Made by a program: the position numbers and the translations under genes. A stretch of DNA of 63,957 bases, the filler included. It is 8 parts of 8 records of this genome, joined end to end, with 100 filler letters (N's around TTAATTAATTAA, not from the genome) between each part and the next. Parts side by side here need not be neighbours in the genome. Positions count along the whole stretch, not along the records: positions 1 to 6,052 come from SRR31156797_47694; positions 6,153 to 12,528 come from SRR31156797_47704; 6 more parts are not named here. The stretch is one strand, 5' to 3'. This document shows positions 1 through 10,627 of the stretch, one piece after another. The notes beneath the pieces were generated by a model that saw only the letters and a list, made by a program, of their open reading frames with translations, was not told the origin of the DNA and searched no databases. The stretch's first letter is position 1. Every line of letters starts with the position of its first letter.

Positions 1-108
1 ACAGCGAGTAATAGAAAAAGTGTTGCCGGATAAGGCAAAGCACTACCTCCCCGCTCAATAATATTCAGAAATCGCTGCATTATCGAAGTTTTGGTTTTCA
101 ATGCTATA

Positions 109-1188
109 TTACATTACGTTATTAATTTTTCGCTTTAATATTAATTGGTTTTTTGAACCTGCCATTAAATCAGCAATTATCTTGGTTCTTGGGAACTGTT
201 CTAAAATAATTCGAATAAATACTGTAATTGGTATAGACATTATCAAGCCTGGGATATTCCATAAATATCCCCAAAACATTAGCATTATTAGAACTGTTAT
301 TACATTTAATGAAAATGTTTTTCCCATAAAAACGGGCTCCAAAATCCCACCCATTAAAACTTGCACAGCAGTAATACTCAGAATAAAAAACAAAAGTGTT
401 CCGCTTGGGTCGAGCTCAATAAATGCAAATAAGGAAAGCAATACTACTGAAACAACAGAGCCAATCATTTGAACAAAATTGATGGCAAAAGCAAATAACC
501 CCCAGAAAATAGGAAAACTAACATCGAATATTAAGCAGGCAATGCTAAAACCGATTCCTGTAAACAGGCTAATTACAAATTTTACTTTCACAAATTTTAT
601 TATGTCTTTTTCAATTTTCACAAAGGTTTTTACTGAAGAGTGTTTTATTTTAAAAATTGTTTGGTTAAGAATGTTCTGAAAATTTATTGACTCTGAAAGC
701 AATAACACAACAAAAAATGCCGTCATTAAAGTCATGGAAAGTGTATCCGTTACAAAGCCGAGTGTATTCCCGAAGTTTTCCATTAAATTGTTTTCTTGAA
801 AATAGTGCATAATTACGTTCTCGCCCTGAAGTCTTCCAACGCCAAAAAATGCTTCAACCGATACAATTAAATCCACTATTTTCGATTCTGCATTTTTAAA
901 AAACACACCTTTGGCAGCCAATATCTCGTTACTTGTAAGTTTAATAAGAACTCCGCCAACTTTTAATATTCCCAATATAATTGCAATTACAATTGCAATA
1001 CTAACTGGTTTTGGGATTTTTCTTTTTTGCATCCATCGCATTAGCGGTAAAAACAAAAGCGCTATAAACATTGAGAATACCAATGGAATAAAAATAAACG
1101 AGAGTGTTTTAAGCAAATAAAAAACAAAAGGTATTACAATTATGAGTAATAAAATATTTGTTGTTTTATGGTCATTCATATGTAACAT
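109..1188 (-). CDS. AI-2E family (PerM/TqsA-like) transporter
   Basis: 359-aa multi-TM protein with family-typical segments 'FWGLFAFAINF..IGS' and 'FWGYLWNIPGLIMSIP'. Confidence 0.85.
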   Translation of the reverse strand: MLHMNDHKTTNILLLIIVIPFVFYLLKTLSFIFIPLVFSMFIALLFLPLMRWMQKRKIPKPVSIAIVIAIILGILKVGGVLIKLTSNEILAAKGVFFKNAESKIVDLIVSVEAFFGVGRLQGENVIMHYFQENNLMENFGNTLGFVTDTLSMTLMTAFFVVLLLSESINFQNILNQTIFKIKHSSVKTFVKIEKDIIKFVKVKFVISLFTGIGFSIACLIFDVSFPIFWGLFAFAINFVQMIGSVVSVVLLSLFAFIELDPSGTLLFFILSITAVQVLMGGILEPVFMGKTFSLNVITVLIMLMFWGYLWNIPGLIMSIPITVFIRIILEQFPRTKIIADLMAGSKNQLILKRKINNVM

Positions 1189-2476
1189 TACTTGTTGTTT
1201 TTAAAAGAATATATCCACTTATTCCTGAAATTAATGAACCTGTCAAAATTCCAATTTTTGCTGAATCAATAAATGTCGGGCTTTGTACAAAAGCCAGATT
1301 AGCAATAAATATTGACATAGTAAATCCAACCCCTGCCAAACATCCAATTCCCAAAATATGTTTAAATGTTGTGTCTTTGGGAAGTACAGTTATTTTTAAT
1401 TTCAAGCTTAGATAAGACAAAACGGTTACACCAATAAAATTACCAACCACCAGGCAAATAGCAGTATTAATAATCAAGGCAGAATCTAAAACCATTTCGG
1501 TGCTAAAAGAAACACCGGCATTTGAAAGCGCAAATATGGGAACTATAAAATATGCAACCCAGTTGTGTAACCTGTGTTCGAGTTGTTGAAGAGGCGATTG
1601 TACTTTATCAGATATTTCTTCGAGACTATCAATTTGTGCAATTTGTTGCTTGGTTAGAATGTAACTATTTTCATCAGAACCTGACTTAATGGATTTTGAT
1701 AGCTCCATAAGTTTATTGGCATAAGTTTTAAAATTCATTTTCTGCCTTATTGGTACGGTAAAAGCAAGAAGTACACCAGCTATTGTTGGATGTATACCTG
1801 ATTTGAGGAACAACAGCCACACAATAAATCCTAATACCAAAAACAAATATCTTGAATGTAGCTTTTTGTGCGAAAGAAATAAAAGAAAAGCCAGTGGAAT
1901 TACTGATATGGCCAGGAGCAGCCAATTAATGCTTGAGCTGTAAAAAATGGCTATTACTAAAACGGCCCCAATATCGTCGATAATTGCAAAGGCAGTTAAA
2001 AACACTTTAAGGCTTAGTGGGACTTTTTTCCCAAGTAAATTTAAAATAGCAAGTGTAAAGGCAATGTCGGCTGCCATTGGAATTCCCCATCCGTCTGATG
2101 TTTCCGGGTTTCTATTCTGCAATATGAAAAGTAGAATCGGGATAACCATTCCGCCCAGTGCTGCAAAAAACGGAAATACCGCTTTTTGGGGTGTATCTAA
2201 TTCGCCAATTAGTAATTCGCGTTTTAATTCTAAGCCAATAAGAAAGAAAAATATTGCCATTAAGCCATCGTTAATCCACAAAATGAGTGGTTTATTCAAC
2301 GAAAAACTTTCTGTTGTAATTCCAATTTTATATTGCCATAACGATTCGTATAAATGCTGGAAGGGTGAGTTTGCCCAAACCAAAGCTAATATTGTTGCGC
2401 CAAACAGGAGTACCCCGCTTAAACTCTCAACTTTAACAAATTTTTGGAAGGGGGTTTTTAATATTTTTTCTACCAT
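1172..2476 (-). CDS. nhaA: Na+/H+ antiporter NhaA
   Basis: Motifs WINDGLMAIFFFLIGLELKRE, GWGIPMAADIAF, AIIDDIGAVLVIAIFY (DD pair), GVGFTMSIFIA. Confidence 0.95.
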   Translation of the reverse strand: MVEKILKTPFQKFVKVESLSGVLLFGATILALVWANSPFQHLYESLWQYKIGITTESFSLNKPLILWINDGLMAIFFFLIGLELKRELLIGELDTPQKAVFPFFAALGGMVIPILLFILQNRNPETSDGWGIPMAADIAFTLAILNLLGKKVPLSLKVFLTAFAIIDDIGAVLVIAIFYSSSINWLLLAISVIPLAFLLFLSHKKLHSRYLFLVLGFIVWLLFLKSGIHPTIAGVLLAFTVPIRQKMNFKTYANKLMELSKSIKSGSDENSYILTKQQIAQIDSLEEISDKVQSPLQQLEHRLHNWVAYFIVPIFALSNAGVSFSTEMVLDSALIINTAICLVVGNFIGVTVLSYLSLKLKITVLPKDTTFKHILGIGCLAGVGFTMSIFIANLAFVQSPTFIDSAKIGILTGSLISGISGYILLKTTSNVTYE

Positions 2477-2616
2477 TTCAATTTACTTTTTAAGTTTATT
2501 TTGGACAACTGTAATACACACGCTATTAAAAAAATAGATAATGGTAACCATGAACAAACAGCACTGAATAGTTAAACTATTAAGTTGTTATTGCATGTGT
2601 GGTAAGTCGCTTTTTA

Positions 2617-3276
2617 CTATAACGAAATAAGTTGATTTTTAAACGCATAAATAACCAGATTGACGGTATTAAAAGTTTCTGTTTTTTGAAAGAGGTTGCT
2701 TTTATGTTTCTCCACAGTCTTGGGACTTAAATAAATCTTTTTGGCTATTTGCTCGTTGTTTAGTCCTTTACAAATTAAATGTAAGATTTGTTTCTCACGT
2801 GAAGTAAGCTTATTAAGTAGTTGCTCACCAGACTTCTGTTCTTTATCTTTATATAAATTGCGGGATATTACTTTTATTATTTCTGACGAAAAGTAACTTC
2901 CTCCTCTGGCAACTTTTTTTATGGCTTTTTCAAAATCTTCAATATCCGAGCGTTTTAACATATAACCTTCAACACCTGCGGAAATCATTTGTTCAATATA
3001 TTCATCGTCGGCAAAAGAAGTTAAGGCAATTACTTTTATTTCAGGATATTTTTTAAGTGCCTGTATTGTAGCTTCAATGCCGTTCATCTTTGGCATATTA
3101 ATATCCATTAAAACGATGTCTGGTACTACTCCATCAATAAGCTCCAGAAATTCTTCGCCATTTGATGCCTGCCCGACAACCGATACATAATCGAAATTAT
3201 TTAATAACATTATCAAACCATCTCTAAAGATTTTATGGTCGTCTACAATAATAATATTTGTTTTTATGTTTTCCAT
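2617..3276 (-). CDS. NarL/LuxR-family response regulator
   Basis: REC domain (VDDH..., MDINMP) and C-terminal LuxR HTH (LTSREKQIL...SPKTVEKHKSNL). Confidence 0.93.
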   Translation of the reverse strand: MENIKTNIIIVDDHKIFRDGLIMLLNNFDYVSVVGQASNGEEFLELIDGVVPDIVLMDINMPKMNGIEATIQALKKYPEIKVIALTSFADDEYIEQMISAGVEGYMLKRSDIEDFEKAIKKVARGGSYFSSEIIKVISRNLYKDKEQKSGEQLLNKLTSREKQILHLICKGLNNEQIAKKIYLSPKTVEKHKSNLFQKTETFNTVNLVIYAFKNQLISL

Positions 3277-3285
3277 TTTAGTACC

Positions 3286-4524
3286 TTAAATATTGAAACT
3301 TAGCATAATTTCAACTCCCTTTCCTTCTGCGCTGTTAATCTCATATTTGCCCCCAAATGACTCAACACGTTTGATAATATTGTGTAATCCCTTTTTTTCT
3401 TCGTCATACGTAAAAATAAGGTCAGGATTAAATCCTTTCCCATTATCGCGATACAATAAAATTACTGTTTTTCTGATATACTGAATATCAATAAATAATT
3501 CTGAAGCACCCGAGTGCTTGAGCGTGTTATTGATTAATTCGTTACAGATACGATAAGTGCTTATTTCCAAATTTGTGTCTAATCTCCTTTTTGAATCGGA
3601 TGAGTTAACCGTGCAATTAACTTTACCGGTATCATTTATTTTATCGCATATTATCTCTAACGATTTTACCAATCCAAATCTGTTTAAATTCGAGGGATTG
3701 AGGTTATTTATCGCAGCTTCGAGGTTTTCCAAAGCTATACCCGATAGTTCTTTTACTTGAATCAGGCTTTTGTTTACATTTTCATTTGTACAATCCTTTT
3801 CAATTAATTTAATAAAAAGAGCAATACTTGATAGAACAGAGCCAAGCCCATCGTGCAAGTCTGCGGCAATTCTTTTACGTTCTCTAAATTCAACTTCAAG
3901 AGATTTAATAACTTGTTGTTTTTCAATTGCATTATAAGAATTAATTAGCTTACGAATTAAAACCACACAAAGCACTAACAAACAGAAAATTAGAAATACT
4001 AATGCAAATATACCTTGCTTAAACTTAATGTTTTCGTGTATTATGTAGTCATTAATACTTTTATGTAATTTTTGATAAGCAATCTGAAAATCGTGATAAT
4101 TATCGAGGATAACTACATCAATTGCTTTTACATTGTTTTGTAAAGACAAAAATATTTGATTATGCAATTGTGCCACCTGGTTATTGACTGATTCTAGTGA
4201 TTTGCGAAGGTTGAACTCCCGGTTTCCTTTGTATTTCTTAACAATAAAGGAGTCAAGTGAGTTAATATATTCATTGGTGTATGTAAAACAATTTAGTATT
4301 GCTACTTTTTTTAGGGTATCGTTAAACAAAAAATAATCATCTAAAAATATTCTGCTGTGAGAAATCTCAAGATCAATGTTTTTAGAATGTTCTACCAACG
4401 AAAGATGTTCGCGGTCTAACTGCAAACTTTTTATTGAAGTATAAATAAGTCCGGCACAAGCAATTACTGTAAAAACGATAATCACTAATAAAACTCTTCC
4501 TCTAAAAATTACTTTTGAACTCAT
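3286..4524 (-). CDS. Membrane sensor histidine kinase (HisKA_3 type)
   Basis: Two TM segments, ERKRIAADLHDGLGS H-box, ELINNTLKH N-box, DNGKGF G1-box; directly upstream of the response regulator. Confidence 0.92.
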   Translation of the reverse strand: MSSKVIFRGRVLLVIIVFTVIACAGLIYTSIKSLQLDREHLSLVEHSKNIDLEISHSRIFLDDYFLFNDTLKKVAILNCFTYTNEYINSLDSFIVKKYKGNREFNLRKSLESVNNQVAQLHNQIFLSLQNNVKAIDVVILDNYHDFQIAYQKLHKSINDYIIHENIKFKQGIFALVFLIFCLLVLCVVLIRKLINSYNAIEKQQVIKSLEVEFRERKRIAADLHDGLGSVLSSIALFIKLIEKDCTNENVNKSLIQVKELSGIALENLEAAINNLNPSNLNRFGLVKSLEIICDKINDTGKVNCTVNSSDSKRRLDTNLEISTYRICNELINNTLKHSGASELFIDIQYIRKTVILLYRDNGKGFNPDLIFTYDEEKKGLHNIIKRVESFGGKYEINSAEGKGVEIMLSFNI

Positions 4525-4670
4525 TAAGTAAATTCGATAATTTAACTGCTAAAATAATGAATTGAGTTATATTCTTGGATAAATACCCCCACTGAAAACA
4601 GCGGGGATTCAATTATGAGAGACCATTCACGTTTACACGCATGAGAATCAGTAAATATCGTAATTCGCCA

Positions 4671-5066
4671 TTACAGACTCATTCTAATTCCCTGAAGAAC
4701 AGAGAGCTGCTTTTTGAATATAAATCGATACTGATGTAAAAGAAATACTTTTAGGCAACAGGAATTCCGCCCATCCCAAATACTGGTCAAAAGTTTGGGG
4801 CCTAAGAGCGCAGATAAAGGTTTTCTGGGAAATTCCACCTTATCTCCAATTTGTGCTCCTGCTAAATCTTCGAATACCTGCATCTGCGCTATCCCGGCAC
4901 CTGCATTTTTCAGGTCCGGATCGATTTGCAAAACCTCGGCTTGCAGTAGTTTTCCATCTACCTCCATTTCTGCTGTTTCACCCATAATAACATCGTCATG
5001 GAATCGGGCATTTACAAACGAATCCTGAATGGATATAAAAGTTCCTGTTCTCTTATTATTGTTCAT
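4671..5066 (-). pseudogene. Orphan N-terminal fragment of V/A-type ATPase subunit A
   Basis: 'AEVLQI...QVFED..G..IGDKVEF..KPLSALLGPKLLTSIWDG' matches the AtpA/NtpA N-terminus; similarity ends after WDG, no Walker A, no other ATPase subunits nearby. Confidence 0.7.
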
Positions 5067-5137
5067 GGTACTTTTGTAAAAAACTATTATATATTACTCA
5101 TGTGATAACCAATAACATTTTTAAAATGGATTTCTCT

Positions 5138-6007
5138 TTATGAAAAAAGATAGTTAAGCGGATTAGGAGTATAATTCACCGTAAACACTGGTATCTTGCT
5201 TCCATGCACTATCTCAGAAACAAACTGGCCAATGTTGGTATTCGAGAATATCGATTCCTGATGGGTACGAATGATTACTAACTCAGGCTTTTTTTCCTGC
5301 AAATATTTTAATATGGCCTCATGTGTTTCCCGGTTGTGAACTTTGATGATTTCAATATCACATTCGACATCATGCTCCCAAAGTAAGTGTCTAATTTTTC
5401 GGGCGTTTTTTAAAGCGAGACTTTTGGATATATCTATATTCGCTTTTAGCGCAGATAGGATTGTAATTTTTGCATCGTGCTTTTTCGCCAAAAAAGTGGC
5501 CCACAGAAGTCTTTTTTTTGTGGATTGAGTAATATCAATTGGGATAGCAATGTTTTTTATTTTGGGTACACCAAAATCCTTATGAACTGTTAAAACCGGA
5601 CATGCTGATCGACTAACCAGTTCATCAATTTCATCGTTTTTCAAGGCTCCACGATAATTGCTGTTGCTTTTATCTATCAAAATAAATTCACGACCATCGC
5701 TTTTTGATTTTTCCAATAAAATATTGATTGGATTACCAGCTCGAACAGATATAACTATATTCTTTGGTAATTCACTGTCAACAACTTTCCGAACAAATTT
5801 TGTAAGCTCTACTCTGGCATTTTTAAGTGCTAAATCAACTTCCTGAGACTGAAAATTCCTTTCAAAAAATGTAGGAGCCTCTATTACATTCAAAACAACA
5901 AGCTTTACATCCAATGTGCTTTGCATGTAAAGTGCTTCTCTTAACACCATCTCGCCTTCCTTATTTGGAGGAATAAGCGCCAAAATACTATATGTTATCT
6001 TTTTCAT
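5138..6007 (-). CDS. Tandem-domain universal stress protein
   Basis: Two USP-like domains, each ending in a (C/I)PV(L/F)TV motif; 'IKNIAIPID' starts domain 2. Confidence 0.85.
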   Translation of the reverse strand: MKKITYSILALIPPNKEGEMVLREALYMQSTLDVKLVVLNVIEAPTFFERNFQSQEVDLALKNARVELTKFVRKVVDSELPKNIVISVRAGNPINILLEKSKSDGREFILIDKSNSNYRGALKNDEIDELVSRSACPVLTVHKDFGVPKIKNIAIPIDITQSTKKRLLWATFLAKKHDAKITILSALKANIDISKSLALKNARKIRHLLWEHDVECDIEIIKVHNRETHEAILKYLQEKKPELVIIRTHQESIFSNTNIGQFVSEIVHGSKIPVFTVNYTPNPLNYLFS

Positions 6008-6052
6008 ACTTCGTTTATTATTTAAGAAATAATATTCTAATTAGCTGACCTA

Positions 6053-6152
6053 NNNNNNNNNNNNNNNNNNNNNNNNNNNNNNNNNNNNNNNNNNNNTTAA
6101 TTAATTAANNNNNNNNNNNNNNNNNNNNNNNNNNNNNNNNNNNNNNNNNNNN
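6053..6152. other. Artificial contig spacer
   Basis: N-run + TTAATTAATTAA (stops in all six frames) + N-run; base composition changes across it. Confidence 0.98.
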
Positions 6153-6720
6153 CTGGCAGGCAAAAATCGATGTCATGAGGGGCAAAGACATTTCACATTC
6201 CCTGAACCGGGGGGATTCCGCCCTGACGCAAATCCTGGGACAAAGGCCTGCCTGTTCCGCCGTTCCCGGTTGGAAATGCCGGGATCAGGTGCTGCTGGAA
6301 AAAGCGAATTTCCCCTTTGCCTACAACAGCGACTGCCGGGGTCGGAGCATCTTCTATCCGGTGGTAGCGGGAAAAACCCTACCCCAGCCACAGATCCCGG
6401 TAACACTTCCCACCTATGATGAAGCAGTGGGACACGATGGCATCGACGAACATAATTTTAATGATTACATGCTGAGCCTGATCAGTCGCACCCAACTGAA
6501 TGTCCTGACAATCCATGCCGAGGTGGAAGGGATCGTCTGCCTGGACATGTTTGAGAGGTTCCTGAAATCCGTCCGATCCATGGGTGCCGGCCTGGTGCCC
6601 CTGGGCCAATTACTCAACAGTGCGCCTCAAATGGAAACAGCCGTCATTGAGCCCCGGGAGATTCCGGGCCGTGAGGGCTGGGTGGCCTGCCAGACCTCCC
6701 TGGACGGCGGCACCTGCTGA
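6153..6720 (+). CDS. arnD: ArnD-like undecaprenyl-phosphate-L-Ara4FN deformylase (5' truncated by contig edge)
   Basis: AVPGWKC, YNSDCRG, QIPVTLPTYDE, VLTIHAEVEG, IPGREGWVACQ motifs; immediately upstream of arnT. Confidence 0.88.
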
Positions 6721-6723
6721 CCC

Positions 6724-8373
6724 ATGAGACGAGCCGCCCCCATACTGCTCTTTCTTTTCTGCCTGGTCTATCTCCTTCCCTTGGGGATCCGGCCCATGAC
6801 CATTCCCGATGAATCGCGATACTGTGAAATCCCCAGGGAAATGATCGCTTCCGGCGACTGGACGGTCCCAAAGCTGAATGGCTTGAAATATTTCGAAAAA
6901 CCGGTATTGGGCTACTGGATCAATGCCCTGTCCATATCCCTGTTGGGCGAAATCCGGTTTGCCATACGCCTTCCCTCCGCTCTGGCTGCGGGCATCTCGG
7001 CCCTCATGCTTTTTTTTCTGTGCAGGCGGTTTGCCAAAGGGTCTTTCACGGGGATACTCGCCGCCGGCATCTATCTAACCTGTCTTGAGGTATTTGCCCT
7101 GGGTGTCATCAATATCCTGGACAGCCTTCTTTCCATGTTCTTAACGGGTGCCTTGATCTTTTTCTTCCACGGGCATCATGCGAAAAGACCCGAAAAAAGG
7201 AGGATTTTCCTGGCGCTTTTCGGCAGCTTTTGCGCCCTGGCCTTTCTGGTCAAGGGATTTCTGGCGTTTGCCGTTCCGGTTATCGTCATTTTTCCCTTCC
7301 TGCTCTGGGAGGGCCGCCTCAGGGAATTCATCAATGACATGTGGATTCCGCTTTTGGCAGCGCTTGTGGTGGCCCTGCCCTGGTGTATCCTTATCCACCT
7401 TCGCGAAGGTGATTTCTGGCACTACTTTTTCTTCATAGAGCACATTAAACGGTTTTTCTCTCCCATTGCGGGCCAGCACCCCAAGCCGTTCTGGTATTTC
7501 CTGCCCATTCTGGCAGGGGGGACACTACCATGGTTCTTCATCTTTCCCTCGGCGGCCAAAGGGTTGAAAGGGCTATCCCTGAAAGATTCTTTTCCCCGTT
7601 TTCTGGTTTGTTGGTTTTTATTCCCTTTTCTCTTCTTTTCAGCCTGCAGCGGAAAATTAATTCCCTATATCCTCCCCTGCTTTCCGCCGCTGGCCGTTCT
7701 ATTGTCCGTCGGGCTGACCCGATATTTCGAAGCAGGCAGACGAAAAACCTTTGATTTTTCGGTCTGTTTTTTCGGGGTGGTGACCGCTTTGACAGCCCTC
7801 CTCCTTGCCGCGAGCCTGCGTGCGGATTTTCCCTGGAAACCCATTTATGCCCCAGGGGAAACATGGAAAGGGGTAGCGGCGGTTATGGGCATTTTTATTT
7901 GGAGTGCTTTAAGCTTTTGCGCGGCAAAGGTTTCGGGACCCACAAAGAAGCTATGGCTATACGGTTCGGCTTCCCTGATGCTGCTGGCCGGTTCACCCTA
8001 CATCCTGCCGGACCGTATTTTTGAGGGGAAAGCCCCCGGTCAACTGTTGGAACGTCATATGGCGAAGGTGCATGCCGATAACCTGCTCGTATCAGACCCA
8101 TATCTGGTCCATGCCCTCTGCTGGTTTTACAAGCGTGACAACGTGTTTCTCTTGGAGAAAAGCGGGGAGTTGGGTTATGGCATTCGCCACGACTTCACAC
8201 AGCCCCCACGCCTGCTGACCCTGAAAGATTTTGGTGAGATGGTGGGGGATAGGGCCGGTAATCATGGCGTGATCCTGGTCATGGAAGCGGATCGGTATGA
8301 CCGATATGGAGATTCACTACCTGAACCCGGGCTCGTGGATCGGGAAGACGGGTTTGTGTTCGCGACCTACTAA
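6724..8373 (+). CDS. arnT: Lipid A 4-amino-4-deoxy-L-arabinose transferase (GT83)
   Basis: PDESRYCEIPREMIASGDWTVPKLNGLKYFEKPVLGYW, FLVKG, SGKLIPYILPCFPPLA. Confidence 0.92.
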   Translation: MRRAAPILLFLFCLVYLLPLGIRPMTIPDESRYCEIPREMIASGDWTVPKLNGLKYFEKPVLGYWINALSISLLGEIRFAIRLPSALAAGISALMLFFLCRRFAKGSFTGILAAGIYLTCLEVFALGVINILDSLLSMFLTGALIFFFHGHHAKRPEKRRIFLALFGSFCALAFLVKGFLAFAVPVIVIFPFLLWEGRLREFINDMWIPLLAALVVALPWCILIHLREGDFWHYFFFIEHIKRFFSPIAGQHPKPFWYFLPILAGGTLPWFFIFPSAAKGLKGLSLKDSFPRFLVCWFLFPFLFFSACSGKLIPYILPCFPPLAVLLSVGLTRYFEAGRRKTFDFSVCFFGVVTALTALLLAASLRADFPWKPIYAPGETWKGVAAVMGIFIWSALSFCAAKVSGPTKKLWLYGSASLMLLAGSPYILPDRIFEGKAPGQLLERHMAKVHADNLLVSDPYLVHALCWFYKRDNVFLLEKSGELGYGIRHDFTQPPRLLTLKDFGEMVGDRAGNHGVILVMEADRYDRYGDSLPEPGLVDREDGFVFATY

Positions 8374-9563
8374 AAACGGAACTGAAACTGAACACCATAG
8401 ATGGCGTATTTGCCGTTATTTACCCGGTTGTCCCAGGCATCCCGGTTGTCATCCCCGTCATCATACCACATAAATTCAGGAATCAGGTTAAACCCCTTTG
8501 CCACCTGTATGGGGATGCTGATCCCCCAGAACCGGGATTTGTACCGCATGGGATTCTTGTCCCCTTCGCTTTTCATTTGCCCATAGACCACATGTGGCGT
8601 CACAATTCCCACCCGGTAAGACCCGTCCACCCACCAGCCGTAGGTGGTTGTATTGTCCAGCCGGCGGTTATAGATGGTGGCGGCGGAGTTTCTCGCCGGT
8701 GGGCTGACGCCCATTCCGCCGCCCGTATTGCTCCAGTTCTGCCCCCAGTTGCCTTCAGCGCTCAACTGGAAGGGTCCGAATGCGGCCAAGACACCCAAGC
8801 TTCCGATGTAGGTGTCGATATGATTATCAATCCCATCAACATCCGGATGTTTGGTAAGGAAGTCAACCTTCCGCCGCTGATAGAGAAAACTGGGGTAGAT
8901 ACTGATGGGGCCGGCATAAATGGGAAGCCCCAGGTCGATCCTGGGCAGCTTGGTATCGGTCTGGTATTCAATGTTCTGGTAAGGGGTATAATTACCCAGT
9001 GCGGCACCGTTGGGATCCACCAGGGCCACGGCAAGACGTACGGTGTTGGTAAGGTGGTAAGTACCCCTGATCTGAGCAAAACGTCCGGAATAGAGTTCAC
9101 CGTAGCCCTCGCCGATAATGTTCAGGCTTCCTGATCGGGTACCCACCATCTGGTGGGGCAACAGGGGAGAAATGGGGGTCGTGGTTTTCCCGAAAAGGAC
9201 CTGAAAGTTCTCCGTTACATCCCACCAGGCGTAGGCATGCCTGAGCGTCACTCCGTCGCTGGTGCTCAGGGTTGTACCGCCACTGATCTGGCCCAGGCCC
9301 AGCTGTATGAACATGCCCACGTTATCTTCGTTGGTCCAATTCACATTAAACCGTGTTATATTTGGAACCTGTATGGCCGTATTGGTAAATGGATCGTTAC
9401 CGAGCTTTTTATATTGCGCATTTTCCCTGTTTCTATCCAGATAGTAGAAATCCACATATACCCGGCCCCCGATGGTGACCTTGGCCGGCGCCGGTCCCGG
9501 CAATACGATCAGAAAAGACAGCCATATGAAAAACACGAATAACCGTTTCAATATCTCCTCCAT
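8370..9563 (-). CDS. Outer-membrane beta-barrel/porin-like protein
   Basis: Signal peptide, aromatic-rich amphipathic strands, C-terminal GVQFQFRF beta-signal; start placed at ATG 9563 after GGAGG. Confidence 0.75.
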   Translation of the reverse strand: MEEILKRLFVFFIWLSFLIVLPGPAPAKVTIGGRVYVDFYYLDRNRENAQYKKLGNDPFTNTAIQVPNITRFNVNWTNEDNVGMFIQLGLGQISGGTTLSTSDGVTLRHAYAWWDVTENFQVLFGKTTTPISPLLPHQMVGTRSGSLNIIGEGYGELYSGRFAQIRGTYHLTNTVRLAVALVDPNGAALGNYTPYQNIEYQTDTKLPRIDLGLPIYAGPISIYPSFLYQRRKVDFLTKHPDVDGIDNHIDTYIGSLGVLAAFGPFQLSAEGNWGQNWSNTGGGMGVSPPARNSAATIYNRRLDNTTTYGWWVDGSYRVGIVTPHVVYGQMKSEGDKNPMRYKSRFWGISIPIQVAKGFNLIPEFMWYDDGDDNRDAWDNRVNNGKYAIYGVQFQFRF

Positions 9564-9703
9564 GGTAGCCCCTCCCGGTATCACCCGGGAGTCATAACAT
9601 ATCATAATGGGTTGACATTTTGAACCGAATACGCATCTAATACCTGTATCGGCGGTATGTTTCAAGCTGGAATTTCCGGAACCCGAAACGGAAGGAGGAT
9701 CAG

Positions 9704-10627
9704 ATGATGAATCGAAGGGAGTTTCTCAAAATTCAGTTCAGGGGTATCCTGTGCATGATGGCGGGAGGATCCGGAATATTGCTTGCCCGGGAAGCAATCG
9801 CTGCCCCCTTTCCCGACATTGCCGTGGTCCGGGGAGGGCCTGCGGCGGCCACCCGGGCCGCGGTGGAGCTCTTAGGCGGCATGAAACGGTTTGTAAGCCC
9901 TGGGAACCGCGTGGTCATCAAACCCAATATGAGCTTTCCCACACCACCCGAAAGGGCCTCCAACACCCACCCGGAAGTAATTGGGGAGTTGGCCCTTATG
10001 TGCAGGGAAGCGGGTGCCGGAAGTGTGCTGGTCCTGGACCATACCCTGGGACCGGAGGAACTTTGCATGGAAAGTTCAGGCATTGCCAGGGAATGCGGAG
10101 CCATCAGTAAAGATATGGTATTTACCATCAACGATCAACGGTTCTACCAGGAGACCAACCTTCCAAAAGGGAAAAGCATGATGAACGCCGACATTGCGAA
10201 AGAGGCCCTCAAATGCGATGTTCTCATCGCTGCTCCCGTGGCCAAAAGCCATTCCAGTACCGGCGTCAGCCTTTCCATGAAAGGGATGATGGGGCTCATT
10301 TACAATCGCAGGGTAATGCACTGGCAATATGATCTCAATGGGTCCATTGTGGATTTATGTACGGTATTGAAAGCCGATCTGACCATCATTGACGGCACCC
10401 GGGTACTTTCCACAAACGGCCCGCGAGGGCCTGGCAAGGTTTTGAAAGAAGACACCATTATCGCCTCAAAAGATATGGTGGCCGCCGATGCCTATGCGGT
10501 TTCAGCCTTTGAATGGTATGGTAAAAGGTTCGAACCAAGGCAGGTCAAACACATCCGTGAAGCCCATGATCGCGGTCTGGGCCGGATGGATGTGAAAAAC
10601 CTGGACATCAAGACCGTTAAACTATGA
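9704..10627 (+). CDS. Tat-exported DUF362 family protein
   Basis: NRREFLK twin-arginine signal; VVIKPN, NTHPEV, PVAKSH...SLSMKGMMG, SKDMVAAD motifs. Confidence 0.85.
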   Translation: MMNRREFLKIQFRGILCMMAGGSGILLAREAIAAPFPDIAVVRGGPAAATRAAVELLGGMKRFVSPGNRVVIKPNMSFPTPPERASNTHPEVIGELALMCREAGAGSVLVLDHTLGPEELCMESSGIARECGAISKDMVFTINDQRFYQETNLPKGKSMMNADIAKEALKCDVLIAAPVAKSHSSTGVSLSMKGMMGLIYNRRVMHWQYDLNGSIVDLCTVLKADLTIIDGTRVLSTNGPRGPGKVLKEDTIIASKDMVAADAYAVSAFEWYGKRFEPRQVKHIREAHDRGLGRMDVKNLDIKTVKL

